Virus record (IMG/VR): IMGVR_UViG_3300027770_000036
DNA: 63,993 nucleotides
Direction: 5' to 3' (one strand)
DNA from: an uncultured virus (IMG/VR IMGVR_UViG_3300027770_000036)
Lineage: Duplodnaviria; Heunggongvirae; Uroviricota; Caudoviricetes
Part shown: positions 60,648 to 63,993 of the stretch, piece by piece
How positions within the stretch are numbered: the stretch's first letter is position 1
How the letters are laid out: each line of letters begins with the position of its first letter
The notes under the pieces: model-generated
Told to the model about the DNA's origin: nothing
What the model saw: only the letters and a program-made list of their open reading frames with translations
Databases searched by the model: none
Made by a program: the position numbers and the translations under genes

Positions 60648-61334
60648 CTAAATTGGGGGCTCATCATAACCTCTACGTTTTGATTGTGACTCTTTGCCCT
60701 CACTGTCAGAATTTATGCCTATACCAGTGTTATACCTTACCAGCTTTAACCCGGCGTGGCTCATAAGCTCTCCTAATAATACATCGCCTCCTCTGTGCTT
60801 TAGCATAGGATGAGGCCAATCGTATTTAGTTATTACCTCTGACTTAATAGTCCACCAGCCTCCAGTAGCAAAGCAGGCCTTACTTTTGTGGAGCTCAGGC
60901 TTAAACCAAGAACAGTGGAGACGTCTCCACTGTTGTTGTTTATGCGACACCGGCATGTAGTACAGGGACCCTATCATGTTGGCTTTGGTATTATCCATGA
61001 ACTCTTGAGTAGAGTTCAGCCAGCCGATAGGGTTTGTATCTTTTATAAAGCTGTCATCGTCGAACCACATAACCTTGTCAGTGGTTATAGGCTTAACGTT
61101 AAATAGCTCCCTCATAATAGGGTACTTGTATACCTGAGGGTTGTGCTTTATCACCGTTAGTCTTTCTGACGGTGGTAGTAGCTTGTTTATTAAGTCCTCT
61201 GTATCTTGGGATATCTCGTTGCACCCAAGCCTCACCTCTACCCCATTGTTATAAAGCTCGCTGATAGGCCTAAGGCACCTATCAGCGAGCTTTGCATAGT
61301 CACCATACAGTAAACAACAGATGGTTGTAGCCAT
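60648..61334 (-). CDS. GT-A-like glycosyltransferase
   Basis: MWFDDDS DxD motif, FATGGWW, GGDVLLG. Confidence 0.65.
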   Translation of the reverse strand: MATTICCLLYGDYAKLADRCLRPISELYNNGVEVRLGCNEISQDTEDLINKLLPPSERLTVIKHNPQVYKYPIMRELFNVKPITTDKVMWFDDDSFIKDTNPIGWLNSTQEFMDNTKANMIGSLYYMPVSHKQQQWRRLHCSWFKPELHKSKACFATGGWWTIKSEVITKYDWPHPMLKHRGGDVLLGELMSHAGLKLVRYNTGIGINSDSEGKESQSKRRGYDEPPI

Positions 61335-62254
61335 TACTTAGCTACCTTTGACTTTTTAGTGTCAGAGTCATCTCGCATGTCAGCTACCTTCTTTCTCTCG
61401 GCTACTGCACTACTGATCTTACCTGGGAACTTATCTATGAAGCTTTTTACCCTTCCTACCAGGTCAATAACTGCATCGAGGCTTAACTTTAGAGCTAAGG
61501 CTTTTTCTAGGTAGTGCTTAATGTCTTCAGACGACCCTGTCTCTACGGCTTCGTCAAAGTCACTAATCAAATCGTCGGCCTTACTCTTCAGCTTAACCGC
61601 GAACCTGGTATTGCCCCCATCCAGCTGCTTGAATAAGGACTTCACATTAGCTCTAGCTGTGTTGACCTTAGTAGCTGTGCTATTGCCATAGACCAGCTTA
61701 ACTTCAGCAGACAATGCTCTAACGGACATCTTATTTTCTACTGCAGTATCCAGCATTCTACGCCTGTCTTCATGTGGGTCAGACGAGCCTTCTGTTTCTG
61801 GAATGGAAAGGACGGCTACAAAGTGAGACCAAGTAAGAGTTACTCCTCTCTTGTCAGCATCAGTTAAGGTGCTTTCAAGATCAGCCTTAGTCGTATACAT
61901 ATTACTGAATCGCATTGTTTTATACATCGTAGACCTATCAAGTCCTAGAGCGACACTTAGTAGGTCAATTGCCGCAGTACCGTAATTGGGATTTCTATTT
62001 ACCTCTGCTGCTACGGTGCCTCTATCATAATTAAAACTTACGATGTCTCCTCTATGGTCTTTATAGGCGGCAACCTCCTGCTGATAAATGGCTAGAAGTT
62101 GCTCGTCCATACCGTCTATAGCTTTCTTTCTGAGCTCTAGCTCAGCTTTCGTTAGCTCCATCACGTCCCCACTAACCTTGTCTGCAGCTTCTACCTCATG
62201 AGTATTGCCTGCGGCTTTTGTAGTGTTATGAAGGGCCTCAAATTTATCGGTCAT
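61334..62254 (-). CDS. DUF1016/YhcG N-terminal-like (ParB-type HTH) DNA-binding protein
   Basis: YG..AIDLLS..LG..RSTMY..MRF..MY, LTWSHF..VL, R..L..AVEN.MSVRAL. Confidence 0.6.
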   Translation of the reverse strand: MTDKFEALHNTTKAAGNTHEVEAADKVSGDVMELTKAELELRKKAIDGMDEQLLAIYQQEVAAYKDHRGDIVSFNYDRGTVAAEVNRNPNYGTAAIDLLSVALGLDRSTMYKTMRFSNMYTTKADLESTLTDADKRGVTLTWSHFVAVLSIPETEGSSDPHEDRRRMLDTAVENKMSVRALSAEVKLVYGNSTATKVNTARANVKSLFKQLDGGNTRFAVKLKSKADDLISDFDEAVETGSSEDIKHYLEKALALKLSLDAVIDLVGRVKSFIDKFPGKISSAVAERKKVADMRDDSDTKKSKVAK

Positions 62255-62283
62255 GTTACACCTCAGTGTGAATAGAAAAAAAT

Positions 62284-63465
62284 TTACTCTCCGGCTGTTC
62301 CCGGAACGGATAATTTATTAAAGAACAAAGGCCAGGCTACCCTTTCGAGTTTGTCTTTTGAAAAAAAACTCAATAGGACCTGATCTCTGCACTCCTTGGT
62401 AATTACCTCAACCAAACACATAACGGACTTCTTAGGCCAGGTAGTAGACCTTTCCAGCATGGAAAATGTGCCTCTTTCCAAGTCAGATCCAGCTAACGTT
62501 TTTGATATACATTTCTTTGCAGTAATGTATGGCATACCGCACCTATCAGTGAGGAACTCTATTAGCTGTTTAAACCTTTCTTCATCCTCCCCTTCTCCCT
62601 TAAACCCTAAAGACTTAGCCTTATTACTTTCTACCCTGTCGTTTAGGCTATCTTTAGAGAATAAGTTATTTTTAAGTCTAGAAGATACTCCTGTAATAAG
62701 CTGTGAAAGCTTACCCAATAGATCTTTTCCTGAGTGGGCTACTCGTCCTAGCTTTCCAAAAGGAGCAGACATAACGCAGTCTTCACTGTTGGTAAGTATA
62801 GTAGTGGCCCGTATAGCTGCATCACCTATTTCGCTGTTACTCACTAGTAGTCCAGGAGTTAGGCTGCAGTCATCGTAGCCCTTCAAGGTATACGTAATAG
62901 ATATCTTTCTATCGTAGAGTACAGCAGACCTAAACTGTAATTCCAGATCCAGTGACTCTATAATGTTTGAAACAGCCGATAGAAATTCGCTATTAGATAT
63001 TCGCCTATACCTAGACCCAACAACAGCTTCTATTATCTTTGTCTCCGTATTTCTCACTGCCTGAAACCCGAAGAGTCTTCCAAACCTTTTCTTAAGGGCC
63101 AAGTTATAAAGAGCAGCAGCTTCTCCTACTGTGAAGTCATCATCAGGATCAGCCTTCATTCTAGCCGGCCCGTCCATTGACTCTGCTGCTCTTCGTAGGC
63201 CTATAAGATCAGATAAAGAAGAAGCCAGACCTGAAGATAGGTTCTTGCAGATCTGGCGTAAAGCCAACCAGGATATTCTATCGCCTCCAACAGTCTTTCC
63301 TTTTCTGGTTAGGGACAACTGAGACTCGTCGTCTATTAGCCAAGACTCAGTAATCCTTTCTTGATCAGATAGGAAGTCAACTAGCTTACCATATTGAGTG
63401 CTGTTGAACGTAAGTCCTTGCACCTCAACGGCTAAAGACTCCTGGTTGTAGTTAGGTACTGGCAT
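62284..63465 (-). CDS. DUF932-like protein
   Basis: AVVGSRYRRISNSEFL and GLLVSNSEIGDAAI. Confidence 0.6.
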   Translation of the reverse strand: MPVPNYNQESLAVEVQGLTFNSTQYGKLVDFLSDQERITESWLIDDESQLSLTRKGKTVGGDRISWLALRQICKNLSSGLASSLSDLIGLRRAAESMDGPARMKADPDDDFTVGEAAALYNLALKKRFGRLFGFQAVRNTETKIIEAVVGSRYRRISNSEFLSAVSNIIESLDLELQFRSAVLYDRKISITYTLKGYDDCSLTPGLLVSNSEIGDAAIRATTILTNSEDCVMSAPFGKLGRVAHSGKDLLGKLSQLITGVSSRLKNNLFSKDSLNDRVESNKAKSLGFKGEGEDEERFKQLIEFLTDRCGMPYITAKKCISKTLAGSDLERGTFSMLERSTTWPKKSVMCLVEVITKECRDQVLLSFFSKDKLERVAWPLFFNKLSVPGTAGE

Positions 63466-63466
63466 A

Positions 63467-63853
63467 CTATACGACCTTTACATCCCTAGAGTACTCTAGG
63501 GAGACGGTCTTGGTACAAAACTCATTGCGATCGGCTGATCCGCTTAGAGTTACAGTTATCTGCATAGTTCGTGGCATAACCGTATCAATGAACACCTTAG
63601 ACGCGTGGTCCACGGCTACAGCAAGATTATCAATGTTAGGGTTAAGATCTACAAGGATCTTAAACCAATCTCTGTCTGCACTTTCTCGGCTAGCACGGTC
63701 TTCCACAGATAACCCTGAACCACAGTCAGGAAGGTATAAGACTTGAACGTCTAGATACCTGTCTGAATTAACTACTGTAGTCTCTTCTACGCTCTTAGCT
63801 GTGCACGGAAGGTGCATAGACTTATAAAGAGTAACTGATAAATTAGTATTCAT
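63467..63853 (-). CDS. Hypothetical protein (weak T-fold/QueF-like resemblance)
   Basis: 128 aa; VLYLPD and FIDTVMPRTMQI are loosely QueF-like, with no intact catalytic motif. Confidence 0.55.
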   Translation of the reverse strand: MNTNLSVTLYKSMHLPCTAKSVEETTVVNSDRYLDVQVLYLPDCGSGLSVEDRASRESADRDWFKILVDLNPNIDNLAVAVDHASKVFIDTVMPRTMQITVTLSGSADRNEFCTKTVSLEYSRDVKVV

Positions 63854-63993
63854 TACTTCTCTTTCTGGTTATTTAGACCAAGATATACTCTCGAGAAACT
63901 GATCGAAAGGTTCGATCACAAAGGTCTCTCCAGTTGCTAACGATCTTACTATCTTTAAGCTTTCCCTGGACTTATCATTAGAAGCCACACTAT

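Noticed and set aside
63467..63853. QueF and a 7-deazaguanine DNA modification pathway
   Set aside because: Only a weak fold resemblance, no catalytic motifs and no other pathway genes in the window.
1..63993. Stop-codon reassignment, tRNA or rRNA genes
   Set aside because: Genes pack tightly under code 11 with TAA, TAG and TGA stops; no cloverleaf or rRNA signature was recognised by eye (tRNAscan not run).
63869..63993. Partial minus-strand ORF at the right edge
   Set aside because: Only about 40 codons are visible, too little to support a call.

Overview
This looks like a 64-kb slice of a large dsDNA (jumbo-type) bacteriophage genome, with genes almost all on the minus strand and standard code 11. 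It encodes a fused beta-beta' RNA polymerase (running off the left edge), a class II ribonucleotide reductase, PhoH, two HNH-type nucleases, a C39 peptidase, two glycosyl/methyltransferase clusters, a probable portal, RuvC-like, DnaQ-like, DUF932-like and DUF1016-N-like proteins, and many probable virion proteins. Four things stand out beyond the gene list. (1) Eighteen self-contained expression cassettes each carry a promoter (CTTAAT-N17-CATAAT), often a conserved 5' hairpin, then a small ORF or ncRNA, then a hairpin or pseudoknot plus T-tract-AGCTAT. Two of them hold related ~550-600 nt modular pseudoknot/T-loop ncRNAs, and three ORFs appear to start at AUU. (2) A family of probable virion cargo proteins shares an MNRLEKAAAFGAMMGKxA leader/linker. 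Among them lies a VSKLA-punctuated polyprotein of 2H-, ART- and MazG-like domains. (3) A 16-bp palindrome, GTGGAGACGTCTCCAC, occurs about 12 times, including inside genes. (4) A G6 tract frameshift would fuse a methyltransferase to a GT2 domain. All calls come from reading motifs by eye; no database searches or folding programs were run.
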